A DNA stretch of 64,000 nt from Bacteroidales bacterium H5 (GCA_001701225.1 DAAQ01000021.1:73950-137949); one strand, 5' to 3'; positions 1 through 12,241 are shown, numbered from the stretch's first letter. The notes: generated by a model from the sequence alone, not told the origin. Made by a program: numbers and translations.

Positions 1-57
1 GCGGCTCTCGACCCAGGCCTTTGCCTCGGCGGGAGTGAACTGTTTGGATTCGGACAT
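1..57 (-). CDS. 5' end of a CDS running off the left edge (MSESKQFTPAEAKAWVESR...), product undetermined
   Basis: ATG at 57 on the minus strand with an open frame to the edge; TAnnTTTG element on the minus strand at 105-112, divergent from the GH28 promoter. Confidence 0.45.
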   Translation of the reverse strand, partial: MSESKQFTPAEAKAWVESR

Positions 58-195
58 GATATTCGAGAAGGTTTTTATGATTGATGATTTTGGTTCTTGT
101 CATGCAAAATTACGCATTATCCGCCAACATCCGGCATTATTCTGAGGAAAAAACGCTACATTTGCATAAATTTTCTTACGTATAACACCTGTACC

Positions 196-1737
196 ATGAA
201 ATTAAAGTCACTCTTTGCGGCCATCGTGCTCGCTATCTCTCTCCCGGCCAACGCAGGTTCGGCATATGCCCATCTCTATGAGGGGCTGCAGTTCGATATG
301 CCTGTCATAGACCGTCCTGCCTTTGCGGAGCGTACTGTCTCAATCACCGATTTCGGCGGAGTGGGGGATGGCGTGACGCTCAACACCGATGCTTTTGCCA
401 AGGCCATAGAGTCGCTGGCATCGCAGGGTGGGGGCACCCTCAACCTTCCGGCCGGAGTGTGGTTCACAGGCCCTATCGAGCTAAAATCAAACATCAACCT
501 GCACCTCGACCGTGGGGCGATACTCACTTTCTCGGGCGACGATACACTCTACAAGATGGTCTATGTCGTCTATGAGGGGTTCGAGGCATGGCGCGCCCAG
601 TCGCCCATCTCGGGCAAGGACCTCGAGAACGTGGCCATAACCGGCGAGGGTGTCATAGACGGCAACGGCAGTGTGTGGCGTCCCGTGAGGAAGAGCCAGC
701 TCACCGGTGCCGAGTGGAAGAACTATCTCGCCAAGGGCGGCATTGTCAAGGAGGATACATGGTATCCGTCGCAGAGCTATATCGACGGCATTCCCCTGCA
801 CGAGAAACGCGCCGAGCTGACGCGCGAGGAGGCCGAGAAGGTCAAGCGCTATCAGCGCCCGGTGATGATTCAGCTCGTCGGATGCCGCAATGTACTCCTC
901 GAGGGTGTCACTTTCCAGAACTCACCATCGTGGAATATCCATCCCCTGATGTGCGAGAACCTTATCATAGACAATATCCTCGTTAAGAATCCCGTCTATG
1001 CCGTCAACGGCGACGGCCTTGACATCGAGTCGTGCAAGAATGTCATCATCTACCGCTCGACCCTCGACTGTGGCGACGATGCCATCTGCCTCAAGTCCGG
1101 CAAGGACGAGGCCGGACGCCGCCGCGGCATACCCACCGAGAATGTCATCGTGCGCGACTGCCGTGTGTTCCACGGCCATGGCGGATTTGTAGTTGGCAGC
1201 GAGATGTCGGGCGGAGTCTCCAATGTCTCGGTGCGCGACTGCCAGTTCATCGGCACCGATGTGGGCCTTCGCTTCAAGAGCACCCGAGGCCGCGGAGGTG
1301 TGGTGAAGAATATACATATCGACAACGTGAACATGCTCGACATTTCGGGCGACGCCATCACGTTCGACCTCTACTACTGGGTATTCACCCCTGTCACCGA
1401 GATACCCCCTGTCGACGAGACCACGCCTCAGTTCCGCGACATATATATCAACGGCGTGACCTCGCGCAACTCAGGCAAGGCGCTCAAGTTCAACGGCATT
1501 CCCGAAATGCCCATCGAGAACATCCATGTGTCCAACTCCCTCTTCACGGCCCGCGAGGGTGGACTGCTCTCCGAATCAAAGGAGATACGCTTCAAGAATG
1601 TCTCCGTCACCCCCGTTTCCGGCCCCGCCATGACCATCAACAACGTCACTGACGCCACATTCGAGGGATGCACATTCACCTCTCTCGACTCCGACCCCGT
1701 CATCTACACAGGCACCAACAAAGACATCCACATGTGA
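196..1737 (+). CDS. Glycoside hydrolase family 28 (polygalacturonase-like), secreted
   Basis: Signal peptide MKLKSLFAAIVLAISLPANA; GH28 motifs NGDG, GDDAICLKSG, GHGG, RFKS; promoter TACATTTG at 157-164. Confidence 0.92.
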   Translation: MKLKSLFAAIVLAISLPANAGSAYAHLYEGLQFDMPVIDRPAFAERTVSITDFGGVGDGVTLNTDAFAKAIESLASQGGGTLNLPAGVWFTGPIELKSNINLHLDRGAILTFSGDDTLYKMVYVVYEGFEAWRAQSPISGKDLENVAITGEGVIDGNGSVWRPVRKSQLTGAEWKNYLAKGGIVKEDTWYPSQSYIDGIPLHEKRAELTREEAEKVKRYQRPVMIQLVGCRNVLLEGVTFQNSPSWNIHPLMCENLIIDNILVKNPVYAVNGDGLDIESCKNVIIYRSTLDCGDDAICLKSGKDEAGRRRGIPTENVIVRDCRVFHGHGGFVVGSEMSGGVSNVSVRDCQFIGTDVGLRFKSTRGRGGVVKNIHIDNVNMLDISGDAITFDLYYWVFTPVTEIPPVDETTPQFRDIYINGVTSRNSGKALKFNGIPEMPIENIHVSNSLFTAREGGLLSESKEIRFKNVSVTPVSGPAMTINNVTDATFEGCTFTSLDSDPVIYTGTNKDIHM

Positions 1738-1846
1738 CGGGCAAGACCTCTTTGGGAATTTTGAGCTAAATTAATATGGGGTTACAACTGAAATGTCGGT
1801 GTTTTTTTGTAATTTTGTGCAAAATTTCCCAAAATCTACCGTCTCA

Positions 1847-4537
1847 ATGGAAGAATTAGCATCGAAATATGACCCGAGTGCAGTCGAAGACAAGTGGTAT
1901 GCCTACTGGATGGAACACCGTCTGTTCCACTCCGAGCCGGATGCCCGTGAGCCATACACCATAGTGATTCCGCCCCCCAATGTGACGGGCGTGCTTCACA
2001 TGGGCCACATGTTGAACAACACCATCCAGGACATATTGGTGCGCCGTGCGCGCATGATGGGCAAGAATGCTCTCTGGGTGCCGGGCACAGACCATGCTTC
2101 CATCTCAACGGAGACCAAGGTGATTGCCAAGCTGGCTGCCGAGGGTATCAAGAAGACCGACCTGACCCGCGAGCAGTTCCTGGAGCATGCATGGGACTGG
2201 ACCCACAAGCACGGCGGCATCATCCTGAGCCAGCTGCGCAAGCTGGGGGCCTCATGCGACTGGGAGCGCACTGCGTTCACCATGGACGAGGAGCGTTCGA
2301 AGGCAGTGACCAAGGTGTTCTGCGACCTCTACGACAAGGGGCTTATCTATCGCGGCCTCCGTATGGTCAACTGGGATCCCCAGAACCTCACCGCCATCTC
2401 GGATGACGAGGTGTTCTATGAGACCGAGCAGGCCAAGCTCTATTACCTGCGCTACTATCTGGCAGACGACGATGCCGTCAAGGCTGCCGCTGCAGAGGGT
2501 GAGGTGATACATACCGATGCCGAGGGACGCCGTTATGCTGTGGTCGCCACCACCCGTCCAGAGACAATCATGGGCGATACGGCCATGTGCATCAATCCCA
2601 AAGACCCCAAGAATACCTGGCTTAAGGGCCACAAGGTCATCGTGCCTCTGGTGGGCCGTGTCATCCCCGTCATCGAGGACCGCTATGTCGACATCGAGTT
2701 CGGAACAGGTTGCCTCAAGGTTACCCCGGCCCACGACAAGAACGACGAGATGCTCGGCAAGAAGCATAATCTTGAGGTGATAGACATCTTCAACGATGAC
2801 GCCACCATAGCCGAATGTGCCGGAATGTATGTCGGCATGGACCGCTTCGAGTGCCGCAAGGTGATTGCCGAGGATCTGGCCAAGGCCGGTCTGCTCGAGA
2901 AGATCGAGGACTATACCAACAACATCGGCCTGTCGGAGCGCACCAAGGTGCCCATCGAGCCGAGGCTGTCGCTGCAGTGGTTCGTGAGCATGAAGCATTT
3001 TGCCGACATGTCGCTCGCGCCCGTCATGGACAACATAATCCGTTTCGTGCCCGAGAAATACAAGACAACATACCGCAACTGGCTCGAGAATATCCAGGAC
3101 TGGTGTATCTCGCGTCAGCTCTGGTGGGGCCACCGCATACCTGCCTACTACTATATCGACCCCGCCGACGGCGAGGAGAAGTTTGTCGTGGCCGAGGATG
3201 CCGAGAAGGCGCTTGCCAAAGTCAACGCCCTCCCCGGATGCGAGGCTCTCGCTGCCGCCGACCTGCGTCAGGACGAGGGTGCCCTCGACACCTGGTTCTC
3301 GTCGTGGCTCTGGCCCATCACCCTCTTTGACGGCATCAACAACCTCGGCAACGAGGAGATAAACTATTACTATCCCACCGCCACTCTGGTCACAGGCCCG
3401 GACATCATCTTCTTCTGGGTCGCACGCATGATCATGGCCGGATACGAGTATGTGGGCAAGGAGCCTTTCAAGAATGTATATTTCACCGGCATCGTGCGCG
3501 ACAAGATCGGACGCAAGATGTCGAAGAGCCTCGGCAACTCGCCCGACCCGCTCGACCTGATTGCCAAATATGGCGCTGACGGCGTGCGTATGGGCATGAT
3601 GCTCTCGGCCCCAGCCGGAAACGACATCATGTTTGACGAGTCGCTCTGTGAGAACGGACGCAATTTCTGCAACAAGATATGGAATGCCTTCCGTCTCGTC
3701 AAGGGATGGCAGGTAGACCGCACTCTCGCGCAGCCCACCCATGCCGCCACTGCCATAAAGTGGTTCGGCTCAAAACTGGCCGAGTCTGTCGAGGAGATAA
3801 ACGATTCGTTTGACAAGTTCCGCATCTCCGAGGCCCTGATGGGCGCCTACCGCCTCTTCCGCGATGAGTTCTCGTCGTGGTATCTCGAGATGGTAAAGCC
3901 CGACTATCAGCAGCCCATCGACGGCGCGACATACGATGCTACCATCGGATTCTTCGACTCGCTGCTGCGTCTGCTGCATCCGTTCATGCCCTTCATCACC
4001 GAGGAGCTTTGGCAGCATATCGGCGACCGTCGCCCCGGCGAGTCAATAATGTATGCCGCGCAGCCCGAGGCTACCGGGATTGACCGCGAGCTGCTTGCCG
4101 CAGTCGAGAAGGCCAAGGAGATTGTCAACGGTGTGCGCAGTGTCCGTGCCCAGCGCAACATTCCTCTGCGCGACAAGCTCACTCTCCGCGCCATCAATAC
4201 CTCGGTTGCCCTCGCTGATGTGGTGAGCCGTCTGGCCCTGCTCGCATCGGTCGAGACAGTGAGCGAGAAAGACCCTGCCGCAGCCACATTCATGGTCGGT
4301 ACAGATGAATTCAACATTCCTCTGCTCGACAGCATTGATGTCGAGGCCGAGAAGGCCAAGCTCGCCAAGGATATCGCTTACTACGAGGGCTTCAAGACCT
4401 CGGTCGAGAAGAAGCTCTCTAACGAACGCTTCGTGTCGAACGCTCCGGCTCCCGTCGTAGAGGCCGAGCGCAAGAAACTCGCCGATGCAAACGCCAAGCT
4501 CGACGCCCTCCGCGCCAACCTGGCGGCACTGGGATAG
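1847..4537 (+). CDS. valS: Valine--tRNA ligase
   Basis: [13 protein letters not shown] (HIGH), [17 protein letters not shown] and a C-terminal coiled coil; TAATTTTG at 1810-1817. Confidence 0.98.
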   Translation: MEELASKYDPSAVEDKWYAYWMEHRLFHSEPDAREPYTIVIPPPNVTGVLHMGHMLNNTIQDILVRRARMMGKNALWVPGTDHASISTETKVIAKLAAEGIKKTDLTREQFLEHAWDWTHKHGGIILSQLRKLGASCDWERTAFTMDEERSKAVTKVFCDLYDKGLIYRGLRMVNWDPQNLTAISDDEVFYETEQAKLYYLRYYLADDDAVKAAAAEGEVIHTDAEGRRYAVVATTRPETIMGDTAMCINPKDPKNTWLKGHKVIVPLVGRVIPVIEDRYVDIEFGTGCLKVTPAHDKNDEMLGKKHNLEVIDIFNDDATIAECAGMYVGMDRFECRKVIAEDLAKAGLLEKIEDYTNNIGLSERTKVPIEPRLSLQWFVSMKHFADMSLAPVMDNIIRFVPEKYKTTYRNWLENIQDWCISRQLWWGHRIPAYYYIDPADGEEKFVVAEDAEKALAKVNALPGCEALAAADLRQDEGALDTWFSSWLWPITLFDGINNLGNEEINYYYPTATLVTGPDIIFFWVARMIMAGYEYVGKEPFKNVYFTGIVRDKIGRKMSKSLGNSPDPLDLIAKYGADGVRMGMMLSAPAGNDIMFDESLCENGRNFCNKIWNAFRLVKGWQVDRTLAQPTHAATAIKWFGSKLAESVEEINDSFDKFRISEALMGAYRLFRDEFSSWYLEMVKPDYQQPIDGATYDATIGFFDSLLRLLHPFMPFITEELWQHIGDRRPGESIMYAAQPEATGIDRELLAAVEKAKEIVNGVRSVRAQRNIPLRDKLTLRAINTSVALADVVSRLALLASVETVSEKDPAAATFMVGTDEFNIPLLDSIDVEAEKAKLAKDIAYYEGFKTSVEKKLSNERFVSNAPAPVVEAERKKLADANAKLDALRANLAALG

Positions 4538-4539
4538 AG

Positions 4540-4661
4540 TTTAATGTTTAAAGATTAAAGAGATAGATAAAGTTTGAAGATGATAAGATTAGAGATAAAA
4601 GATTTTGCGGCCCATAGGCTTGCATCATTGCTCTTTAAACTCTAATCTTTCATCTTTAAAC
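4540..4661. repeat. Low-complexity AAAGATT-like repeats forming an imperfect inverted repeat
   Basis: gtttgaagatgataagattagag (4572-4594) pairs imperfectly with ctctaatctttcatctttaaac (4640-4661). Confidence 0.6.
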
Positions 4662-4670
4662 TGAAAAGTT

Positions 4671-5174
4671 ATGGCAACAATAGATATCATACTGCTCATA
4701 GTGGTTGTGGGCGCGGGTATCTGGGGATTCTCCAAGGGGTTCATCCACCAGATAGGTGCGATTGCCGCCGTGATTGTCGGCATTATCGCATGCCGTATGC
4801 TCGGGCCGCAGGCTGTCGAGCTGATATGCCCTCCCGGAGAGGCTGATGCCTTCTCGTCAAAGCATATCGGCGCGGTGGTCATGGCATACGCAGTGCTGTA
4901 TATCGTTGCCTACTATGCCGTGTTGCTTGTGGCCAAGATGCTCAAGCTGGCCGTCCACACGGTTTTCCTCGGGCCTCTCGACCGTATCGCGGGTGCCCTG
5001 CTCAACATAGGCAAGTGCCTCATAATGCTGAGTTTTCTCCTCAATGTCTATATGGTCATCTTCCCTGACAGCGACCTGCAGAAGACCTCGAAGATTGCCG
5101 AGGGCAAAGCCGTGGCCATGGTAATAGGACTTGCGCCGCGCATAGTCGGTGCTGTCCTGCCTAATCAAGAATAG
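4671..5174 (+). CDS. cvpA: CvpA family (colicin V production) membrane protein
   Basis: [15 protein letters not shown] start and [12 protein letters not shown] motif; four hydrophobic segments; lies directly upstream of sufB. Confidence 0.85.
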   Translation: MATIDIILLIVVVGAGIWGFSKGFIHQIGAIAAVIVGIIACRMLGPQAVELICPPGEADAFSSKHIGAVVMAYAVLYIVAYYAVLLVAKMLKLAVHTVFLGPLDRIAGALLNIGKCLIMLSFLLNVYMVIFPDSDLQKTSKIAEGKAVAMVIGLAPRIVGAVLPNQE

Positions 5175-5176
5175 TT

Positions 5177-6634
5177 ATGGAACAGTTAAACAACGAGACC
5201 GGCGATACCCTGCGCGATGCCACCTCAGGCGAGTACAAGTACGGGTTCACCTCGGACATAGACACCAACATCATCCCTCGCGGACTCAACGAGGATGTGG
5301 TGCGTCTCATCTCGGCCAAGAAAGGGGAGCCCGAATGGCTTCTTGAATTCCGCCTAAAGGCTTTCCGCTACTGGCAGACGCTCAAGGTTCCCACCTGGGC
5401 GCATCTCGATGTGCCCGAGATAGATTTCCAGGCCATCAGCTATTATGCCGAGCCTGCCAAGAAGGAGGGCCCGAGCAGTCTCGATGAGATTGACCCGCAG
5501 GTGCTCGACACATTCAACCGCCTCGGGATACCCCTCGAGGAGCAGAAATTGCTCTCGGGCATGGCTGTCGACGCCGTGATGGACTCGGTGAGTGTCAAGA
5601 CAACACACCGCGAGAAGCTGGCCGAGAAGGGTATCATATTCTGTTCCATCTCGGAGGCCGTCAAGGATTATCCCGACCTGGTGAAGAAATATCTCGGGTC
5701 GGTGGTGAGCTATCGCGACAATTTCTATGCCGCGCTCAACTCGGCGGTGTTCTCCGACGGCTCGTTCGTCTATATACCCAAGGGGGTGCGCTGTCCCATG
5801 GAGCTCTCGACATATTTCCGCATCAACGCGGCGGGCACCGGCCAGTTCGAGCGCACCCTCATCGTGGCCGATGACGACGCATACGTCAGCTATCTCGAGG
5901 GATGTACCGCACCGATGCGCGACGAGAACCAGCTCCATGCCGCTATCGTCGAGATTATCGTCGAGGACAGGGCCGAGGTCAAGTACTCTACCGTCCAGAA
6001 CTGGTATGCCGGCGATGCCGAGGGCAGGGGAGGTGTATTCAATTTCGTCACCAAGCGCGGTCTGTGCCGCGGTGACCACTCCAAGCTTTCGTGGACGCAG
6101 GTCGAGACCGGCTCGGCCATCACATGGAAATATCCCTCGTGTGTGCTGCAGGGCGACAATTCGCGCGGCGAGTTCTACTCGGTCGCCGTGACACGCAACC
6201 GCCAGCAGGCCGACACAGGCACCAAGATGATACATATCGGCAAGAACTCCACCTCGACCATCGTGTCTAAGGGAATTTCGGCCGGACACTCGGAGAACTC
6301 GTACCGCGGTCTGGTCAAGGTCGCTCCCGGTGCGACAGGGTGCCGCAACTATACCCAGTGCGACTCGCTGCTGATGGGGAGCCATTGCGGCGCGCACACC
6401 TTCCCGTATATCGACATCCTCGATGACTCGGCCATTGTCGAGCACGAGGCCACCACGTCCAAGATTTCCGAGGACCAGCTTTTCTACTGCAACCAGCGCG
6501 GCATCCCCACCGAGGAGGCCATCGCCCTCATTGTCAACGGCTATGCCCGCGAGGTGATGAACAAGCTCCCGATGGAGTTTGCCGTCGAGGCGCAGAAACT
6601 GCTCCAGATTACCCTCGAGGGGTCTGTGGGCTGA
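5177..6634 (+). CDS. sufB: Fe-S cluster assembly protein SufB
   Basis: [47 protein letters not shown] and C-terminal LEGSVG. Confidence 0.97.
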   Translation: MEQLNNETGDTLRDATSGEYKYGFTSDIDTNIIPRGLNEDVVRLISAKKGEPEWLLEFRLKAFRYWQTLKVPTWAHLDVPEIDFQAISYYAEPAKKEGPSSLDEIDPQVLDTFNRLGIPLEEQKLLSGMAVDAVMDSVSVKTTHREKLAEKGIIFCSISEAVKDYPDLVKKYLGSVVSYRDNFYAALNSAVFSDGSFVYIPKGVRCPMELSTYFRINAAGTGQFERTLIVADDDAYVSYLEGCTAPMRDENQLHAAIVEIIVEDRAEVKYSTVQNWYAGDAEGRGGVFNFVTKRGLCRGDHSKLSWTQVETGSAITWKYPSCVLQGDNSRGEFYSVAVTRNRQQADTGTKMIHIGKNSTSTIVSKGISAGHSENSYRGLVKVAPGATGCRNYTQCDSLLMGSHCGAHTFPYIDILDDSAIVEHEATTSKISEDQLFYCNQRGIPTEEAIALIVNGYAREVMNKLPMEFAVEAQKLLQITLEGSVG

Positions 6635-6660
6635 CGCCATTACTAAAAGAATAGATTGAC

Positions 6661-7395
6661 ATGAATCCGACCATGACAGAAACGCAGCCAATTGCCCCGG
6701 CGCTCTATCTGATCCCTTCGACCATGAGCGACGCGCCTGTCAGTGTGGCCATACCACAGGCCAACATCGACATCATACGCGGCATACGTCATTTCGTGGT
6801 CGAGAACGTGCGCACCGCGCGCCGTTTCCTCAAACGGTGCGACCCGTCCATCGTCATCGACGACCTGACATTCGTCACGCTTGACGAGCATACTCCCGCC
6901 GAGGAGGTTCCACCGATGCTCGACCCGCTTGTCAACGGCGAGCCCATAGGGGTCATCTCGGAGGCCGGATGTCCGGCGGTTGCCGATCCCGGTGCCGACC
7001 TTGTGGCTGTGGCACAGCGCAAGCGCCTCACGATTATCCCCCTTGTGGGCCCTTCGAGCATCATGCTCGCGCTGATGGGGTCGGGGTTCAACGGGCAGAC
7101 CTTCGCCTTTGCCGGGTATCTGCCACATGACACGCGCGAGCGTGCGGCGACCCTGCGCGAGATGGAACGTCTGATACGTCAGCGCCACCAGACACAGATA
7201 TTCATCGAGACGCCATACCGTAACAACCGCCTCATAGCCGAGCTCGTCTCGACGCTTCCCGGCGGCTTGCGGCTCTGTGTGGCCTCGGACCTCACCGGCC
7301 CGCGTCAGTCGATAATCACCAAGCCTTTATCCGAGTGGGCTACCACAACCTGCAACTACGACAAAGTGCCCACAATCTTCCTGCTGTACAATTAA
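6661..7395 (+). CDS. SAM-dependent tetrapyrrole-methylase family protein (RsmI-like)
   Basis: LYLIP, ENVRTARRFLK, SEAGCPAVADPG, GPSS, FIETPYRN. Confidence 0.85.
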   Translation: MNPTMTETQPIAPALYLIPSTMSDAPVSVAIPQANIDIIRGIRHFVVENVRTARRFLKRCDPSIVIDDLTFVTLDEHTPAEEVPPMLDPLVNGEPIGVISEAGCPAVADPGADLVAVAQRKRLTIIPLVGPSSIMLALMGSGFNGQTFAFAGYLPHDTRERAATLREMERLIRQRHQTQIFIETPYRNNRLIAELVSTLPGGLRLCVASDLTGPRQSIITKPLSEWATTTCNYDKVPTIFLLYN

Positions 7396-7404
7396 CCTGA
7401 ACTA

Positions 7405-8445
7405 ATGCGAAAGAAAAACTTCAATAATAATGTATCACGCCTTCAGCCCGGCCTCTTTGACTCGCTCGACGAATTTATCGAGCCTCAGGCTTCAGGATTC
7501 GATTTCATACCGCCCGAACGTCTCAAGGAGATAGCGCGGCTCCATGCGCCCGCTCCGGCTCCGGCCATCGACGAGATGCCGGCGCTCGAGCCCACCGACC
7601 GTATGTTCTTCATGAGCTTCGGCAGCGGCAGCAGCGGCAACTGCTCTTATGTGGGCGACCGCCGCTGCGGTTTCCTCATCGACGCCGGGATAGACGCCAA
7701 GAGGGTCATCACTGACCTCCGTGACAACGGCATAATGCCGGAGCAGGTCAAGGGCATCATATTGACCCACGACCACCACGACCATATCAGCCAGGCATAT
7801 CCGTTGTTGCGCAACTATCGCCACATGAAGCTCTACTGCACCCCGCGCACCCTCAACGGCATGCTGCGGCGCCGCAATGTGTCGAGGCGCATCAAGGACT
7901 ATCATACTCCAATCTACAAGGAGTTCCCCTTCACGATAGGGGCTTTCACCATCACCCCGTTCGAGGTCAAGCATGACGGAGCCGACAACGTGGGATTCTT
8001 TATCGAGCACGGCGCGGATACCCTCGGTGTCGCCACTGACCTGGGATGTATCTCCGAACGTGTGGATTTCTATATGCGCCAGGCCCACAATATGGTCATA
8101 GAGGCCAATTATGACTATGACAAGCTGCGCGGGGGCACATATCCCGAACATCTCAAGGCGCGTATTGTTGCCGACAACGGACATCTTGACAACCGTGTCT
8201 CGGCTCATTTCGTTGCGTCGGTCTATAGCTCGGCCCTGCGCAATGTCTTCCTCTGCCATCTGTCTCATGACAACAACACACCTCTGCTGGCCATGAAGGC
8301 GTTTGCCGAGGAGTTCGGGCCGCTTGGCGTCACCGAGTTCGAGGGCTCGGCCCTGTCTCGCGACAGTGTGGCCGAGGGGGCTCGTCCGCGCCTTGCGCTG
8401 ATTCCGTTGCCCAGATACGAGCGCACGCCACTTTATGCCCTCTGA
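7405..8445 (+). CDS. Metallo-beta-lactamase fold hydrolase (YycJ/WalJ-like) with N-terminal extension
   Basis: [30 protein letters not shown]. Confidence 0.85.
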   Translation: MRKKNFNNNVSRLQPGLFDSLDEFIEPQASGFDFIPPERLKEIARLHAPAPAPAIDEMPALEPTDRMFFMSFGSGSSGNCSYVGDRRCGFLIDAGIDAKRVITDLRDNGIMPEQVKGIILTHDHHDHISQAYPLLRNYRHMKLYCTPRTLNGMLRRRNVSRRIKDYHTPIYKEFPFTIGAFTITPFEVKHDGADNVGFFIEHGADTLGVATDLGCISERVDFYMRQAHNMVIEANYDYDKLRGGTYPEHLKARIVADNGHLDNRVSAHFVASVYSSALRNVFLCHLSHDNNTPLLAMKAFAEEFGPLGVTEFEGSALSRDSVAEGARPRLALIPLPRYERTPLYAL

Positions 8446-8533
8446 AACATACGGGATTGACGAAAATTTCGTAATTTTGCACTCTCAAAATCAGATTCAG
8501 AAACTAAAATACAAAGATATAAATATCCAAATC

Positions 8534-11149
8534 ATGCTCACTGCAAAGGAAATACGCGAGTCGTTCAAGGAGTTTTTCCGCTCCAAGGGACACCATATCG
8601 TACCCTCAGCACCAATGGTCATCAAGGATGACCCCACGCTGATGTTTACCAACGCCGGTATGAACCAGTTCAAAGACATTATTCTCGGTAACAAGGCGGC
8701 GAAGTACCAGCGCGTGGCTGACTCGCAGAAATGTCTGCGCGTCTCCGGCAAGCACAACGACCTCGAGGAGGTGGGCATGGACACCTACCACCACACCATG
8801 TTCGAGATGCTCGGCAACTGGAGCTTCGGCGATTATTTCAAACAGGAGGCCATAGACTGGGCATGGGAATATCTGGTAGGTGTGCTCAAGCTCGATCCGG
8901 CCCGTCTGTATGCCACCGTCTTCGAGGGCTCGCCCGCCGAGGGCCTGGCGCGCGACGACGAGGCTGCCGCTATCTGGGGCAAGCACCTGCCCGAGTCGCA
9001 CATCATCAACGGCAACAAGCACGACAATTTCTGGGAGATGGGCGATACCGGTCCCTGCGGCCCCTGCTCGGAGATACATATCGACCTCCGTTCTGACGAG
9101 GAGCGCGCTCAGGTCGACGGCGCATCGCTGGTCAACCACGACAATCCCCTGGTGATAGAGATATGGAATCTCGTGTTCATGCAGTATAACCGCAAGGCCG
9201 ACGGCTCGCTCGAACCGTTGCCCGCAAAGGTCATCGACACCGGCATGGGTTTCGAGCGTCTGTGCATGGCCCTGCAGGGCAAGAAGTCGAACTACGACAC
9301 CGACGTTTTCACCCCCCTCATCGAGACAATCTCACGCCTGTCGGGCAAGAAATATGGCGAGGACAAGATGGTCGATGTGGCCATGCGTGTCATCGCCGAC
9401 CATGTGCGCACAATCTCGTTCTCAATAGCCGACTCGCAGCTCCCCGGCAATGCCAAGGCCGGATATGTCATCCGCCGCATCCTTCGCCGCGCCGTGCGCT
9501 ATGCATATACCTTCCTCGACCAGAAGGAGGCATTCATGTATAAGCTGGTCAACACCCTCATCGACTCGATGGGCGAGGCTTATCCCGAGATTGCCGCACA
9601 GCGCGAGCTGATAATGAAGGTCATCAAGGAGGAGGAGGACTCTTTCCTCCGTACCCTCGACAAAGGTATCTCGATTCTCGACGACTCCATCCGTGCCGCC
9701 CGTGCTGCCGGAAAGACCGAGATTTCGGGCAAGGATGCCTTTGTGCTCTATGATACATACGGATTCCCCCTCGATCTCACCGAGCTCATCCTTAAGGAGA
9801 ACGGCATGACCCTCGACAAGAAGGAGTTCGACACCGAGATGGAGGCCCAGAAGGCCCGTGCCCGCAATGCTGCCGCCGTCGAGGCCACCGACTGGGTAGA
9901 GGTGCGCGAGGGTGAGACCGAGTTTGTCGGATATGACGAGACATCGGTGCCCACACAGATACTCCGCTACCGCAAGGTGAAGCAGAAGGGGAAGGAATTC
10001 TATCAGATAGTACTCTCTGTCACTCCGTTCTATGCCGAGATGGGTGGTCAGGTCGGCGATACAGGCTGGCTCATCGACGGTGACTCGAAGATTGAGATAT
10101 ATGACACAAAGCGTGAGAACGGCCAGGCCGTGCATCTCTCGCGTCAGCTTCCCGCCGATGTCACCGCCACCTTCGAGGCCATCATCGACGTCGAGGCTCG
10201 TCGCGCAGCCGAGTGCAACCACACGGCTACCCACCTGCTCCACGCCGCCCTGCGTCAGGTACTCGGAACACATGTCGAGCAGCGTGGCTCGTATGTGTCG
10301 CCCAAGATGCTCCGTTTCGACTTCAGCCATTTCCAGAAGGTGACGCCCGAGGAGCTGCGTCAGGTAGAGCACATCGCCAATGCTATGGTGCGCAAAGCCA
10401 TCCCCCTCGACGAGCACCGCTGCGTGCCCATTGAAAAGGCCCGCGAGATGGGCGCGATGGCACTCTTCGGCGAGAAATATGGCGAGGAGGTGCGCGTGAT
10501 CAAGTATGGTGATTCGGTCGAGCTTTGCGGTGGCACGCATGTGCCCAACACAGGCTGCATAGGCACAATCCGCATCGTTTCAGAGTCGAGCATCGCTGCC
10601 GGTATACGCCGCATCGAGGCCATCACCGCAGAGACAGCTGAGAATGCTGTGGACCAGATTACAGACTCACTCCGTGCCATCGGAGAGCTGCTGCACAATG
10701 CTCCCGACATCGTGGCTGCGCTACGTCGCTCCATCGACGAGAACACAGAGCTGCGCAAGCAGGCCGAGGAGTATATGAAAGAGAAAGTCCGCGCCCTTGC
10801 GGCGTCGCTGATTGATAAGGCTGAGATTGTCGATGGCTATAAGACTGTCGCTATGACCGGCCTCTATGTGCCCGAGGTTGTCAAGAATGTCGCCTTCCTG
10901 GTACGTCAGCTCTCGCCTGAGAACACCGTCTTCGTAGCCGCCACACTCGATGTCTCGGGCAAGCCCCTCATCACTGTGGCCCTCACTGAGGACGTCGTCA
11001 AGTCGGGCCTCAATGCTTCTGTCATGGCCCGCGAGGCCGCCAAGGCCATCAAGGGTGGCGGTGGTGGCCAGCCCGGTTTTGCCCAGGCCGGTGGCAAGGA
11101 CAAGGATGGCCTCTCGGCTGCTCTCGAGATACTGCGTAAATCTATCTGA
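8534..11149 (+). CDS. alaS: Alanine--tRNA ligase
   Basis: [58 protein letters not shown]1 end; TAATTTTG at 8472-8479. Confidence 0.98.
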   Translation: MLTAKEIRESFKEFFRSKGHHIVPSAPMVIKDDPTLMFTNAGMNQFKDIILGNKAAKYQRVADSQKCLRVSGKHNDLEEVGMDTYHHTMFEMLGNWSFGDYFKQEAIDWAWEYLVGVLKLDPARLYATVFEGSPAEGLARDDEAAAIWGKHLPESHIINGNKHDNFWEMGDTGPCGPCSEIHIDLRSDEERAQVDGASLVNHDNPLVIEIWNLVFMQYNRKADGSLEPLPAKVIDTGMGFERLCMALQGKKSNYDTDVFTPLIETISRLSGKKYGEDKMVDVAMRVIADHVRTISFSIADSQLPGNAKAGYVIRRILRRAVRYAYTFLDQKEAFMYKLVNTLIDSMGEAYPEIAAQRELIMKVIKEEEDSFLRTLDKGISILDDSIRAARAAGKTEISGKDAFVLYDTYGFPLDLTELILKENGMTLDKKEFDTEMEAQKARARNAAAVEATDWVEVREGETEFVGYDETSVPTQILRYRKVKQKGKEFYQIVLSVTPFYAEMGGQVGDTGWLIDGDSKIEIYDTKRENGQAVHLSRQLPADVTATFEAIIDVEARRAAECNHTATHLLHAALRQVLGTHVEQRGSYVSPKMLRFDFSHFQKVTPEELRQVEHIANAMVRKAIPLDEHRCVPIEKAREMGAMALFGEKYGEEVRVIKYGDSVELCGGTHVPNTGCIGTIRIVSESSIAAGIRRIEAITAETAENAVDQITDSLRAIGELLHNAPDIVAALRRSIDENTELRKQAEEYMKEKVRALAASLIDKAEIVDGYKTVAMTGLYVPEVVKNVAFLVRQLSPENTVFVAATLDVSGKPLITVALTEDVVKSGLNASVMAREAAKAIKGGGGGQPGFAQAGGKDKDGLSAALEILRKSI

Positions 11150-11161
11150 TTCCGTCACGCA

Positions 11162-11458
11162 ATGGTAAAGCATATCGTATCATTCAGACTCTGCGGCACT
11201 CCCGAGGAGCGCCGCAGGGTTGCGATGCGGTTTCGCGAGGCTCTGCTCGAGCTTCCGGCCGTCATCGAGCCTCTCGAGTCGATAGAGGTAGGCATCAACG
11301 AGAACCCTGCCGAAGATTGGGATGTGGTGCTCACAGCACTTCTGCCCGACATGGCCTCGGTCGAGGTCTATGCCAAGCATCCGGCCCACGTGGCTGCTGC
11401 CGCGCTGCTGGCCGGACACAAGGAGGCCCGCGCCTGTGTCGACTATTATTGCGACTGA
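11162..11458 (+). CDS. Dabb family (stress-responsive A/B barrel) protein
   Basis: MVKHIVSF start and YAKHPAHV..R.CVDY end. Confidence 0.85.
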   Translation: MVKHIVSFRLCGTPEERRRVAMRFREALLELPAVIEPLESIEVGINENPAEDWDVVLTALLPDMASVEVYAKHPAHVAAAALLAGHKEARACVDYYCD

Positions 11459-12090
11459 TGGCTCTCGTCGCCTTCGACCTTGACGATACCCTGTTCCCCG
11501 AGATTGAGTTTGTACGCTCGGCCTATCGGGCTATAGCGTCACGCTATGGTCTGCATCTGCTCCCCGCGATGCTTGCGGCTCCGACACCGCGCGAGGCGTT
11601 CGACTCGACAGGGCTTCCCGCCGATGTCGTCCTTGGACTGTACCGCTCGCACAGGCCCGATATCCGTCTTCCATGGCAGTCGCTCCATACGCTCGCGCTG
11701 CTGCATAATTCCGGCCATCATACGGCGATAGTGACCGACGGACGCGCCGTCACGCAGCAGAATAAGATTGATGCTCTCGGGCTCGGCCGGTTTGTAGCGC
11801 CTGAAGATGTGTTCATATCAGAGTCTTTCGGCCATCTCAAGACCGACGGCGAGGCGTTCCGCGCGCTGATGCGCCGTTATCCGGGAGAGGCGTATGTCTA
11901 TGTCGGCGACAATCCCGACAAGGATTTCAAGGTGCCCCGTGAGCTCGGGTGGCGCACCGTCTGCCTGCACGATGCGGGGCAAAACATTCACCCTCAGCGG
12001 CTGGCAGAGAGGAATCCCGACGAGTTGTCCGATTTTACGGTGCGCTCGTTGACAGAGATACCTGATTTGGTGAGCCGGATGTATGTGTAA
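11458..12090 (+). CDS. HAD family hydrolase
   Basis: FDLDDTL motif I, VTDG, YVGDNPDKDF; ATG overlaps the upstream TGA. Confidence 0.85.
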   Translation: MALVAFDLDDTLFPEIEFVRSAYRAIASRYGLHLLPAMLAAPTPREAFDSTGLPADVVLGLYRSHRPDIRLPWQSLHTLALLHNSGHHTAIVTDGRAVTQQNKIDALGLGRFVAPEDVFISESFGHLKTDGEAFRALMRRYPGEAYVYVGDNPDKDFKVPRELGWRTVCLHDAGQNIHPQRLAERNPDELSDFTVRSLTEIPDLVSRMYV

Positions 12091-12112
12091 ATGCGCGAAG
12101 TTATCCAAAACT

Positions 12113-12149
12113 AAATACCAACTATCTGTCATACAGATAGTTGGTATTT
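12113..12149. terminator. Perfect 17-bp inverted repeat, probable terminator of the alaS operon or an operator of nrdD
   Basis: aaataccaactatctgt-cat-acagatagttggtattt followed by a T-rich run. Confidence 0.6.
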
Positions 12150-12233
12150 TTATTTTTACACAAAGTTGTCCAAAACGGAAAACTTATTTTCCATTTTAAC
12201 AAATTTTTTCTTGCATTTGACGCATCTGCGATG

Positions 12234-12241
12234 TAACTTTG
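12234..12241 (+). promoter_or_regulatory. Bacteroidetes sigmaA -7 element upstream of nrdD
   Basis: TAACTTTG matches TAnnTTTG; a TTTG lies upstream near 12216. Confidence 0.65.

Noticed and set aside
97..195. Upstream extensions of track ORFs (GH28, valS, alaS, nrdD, mutS2, gmd, tdk, maf)
   Set aside because: They overlap promoter elements or neighbouring genes; downstream ATGs match the expected N-termini.
2252..3742. 496-aa antisense ORF (similar ones at 5354-6691, 9422-10540, 12560-14077, 23145-24647, 26877-28754, 38303-39433)
   Set aside because: Shadow ORFs opposite well-conserved genes, expected from high GC3 codon bias; no recognisable motifs.
7405..8445. Possible beta-lactamase
   Set aside because: SGSSGN and THxHxDH pattern with no signal peptide fits a YycJ-like housekeeping hydrolase.
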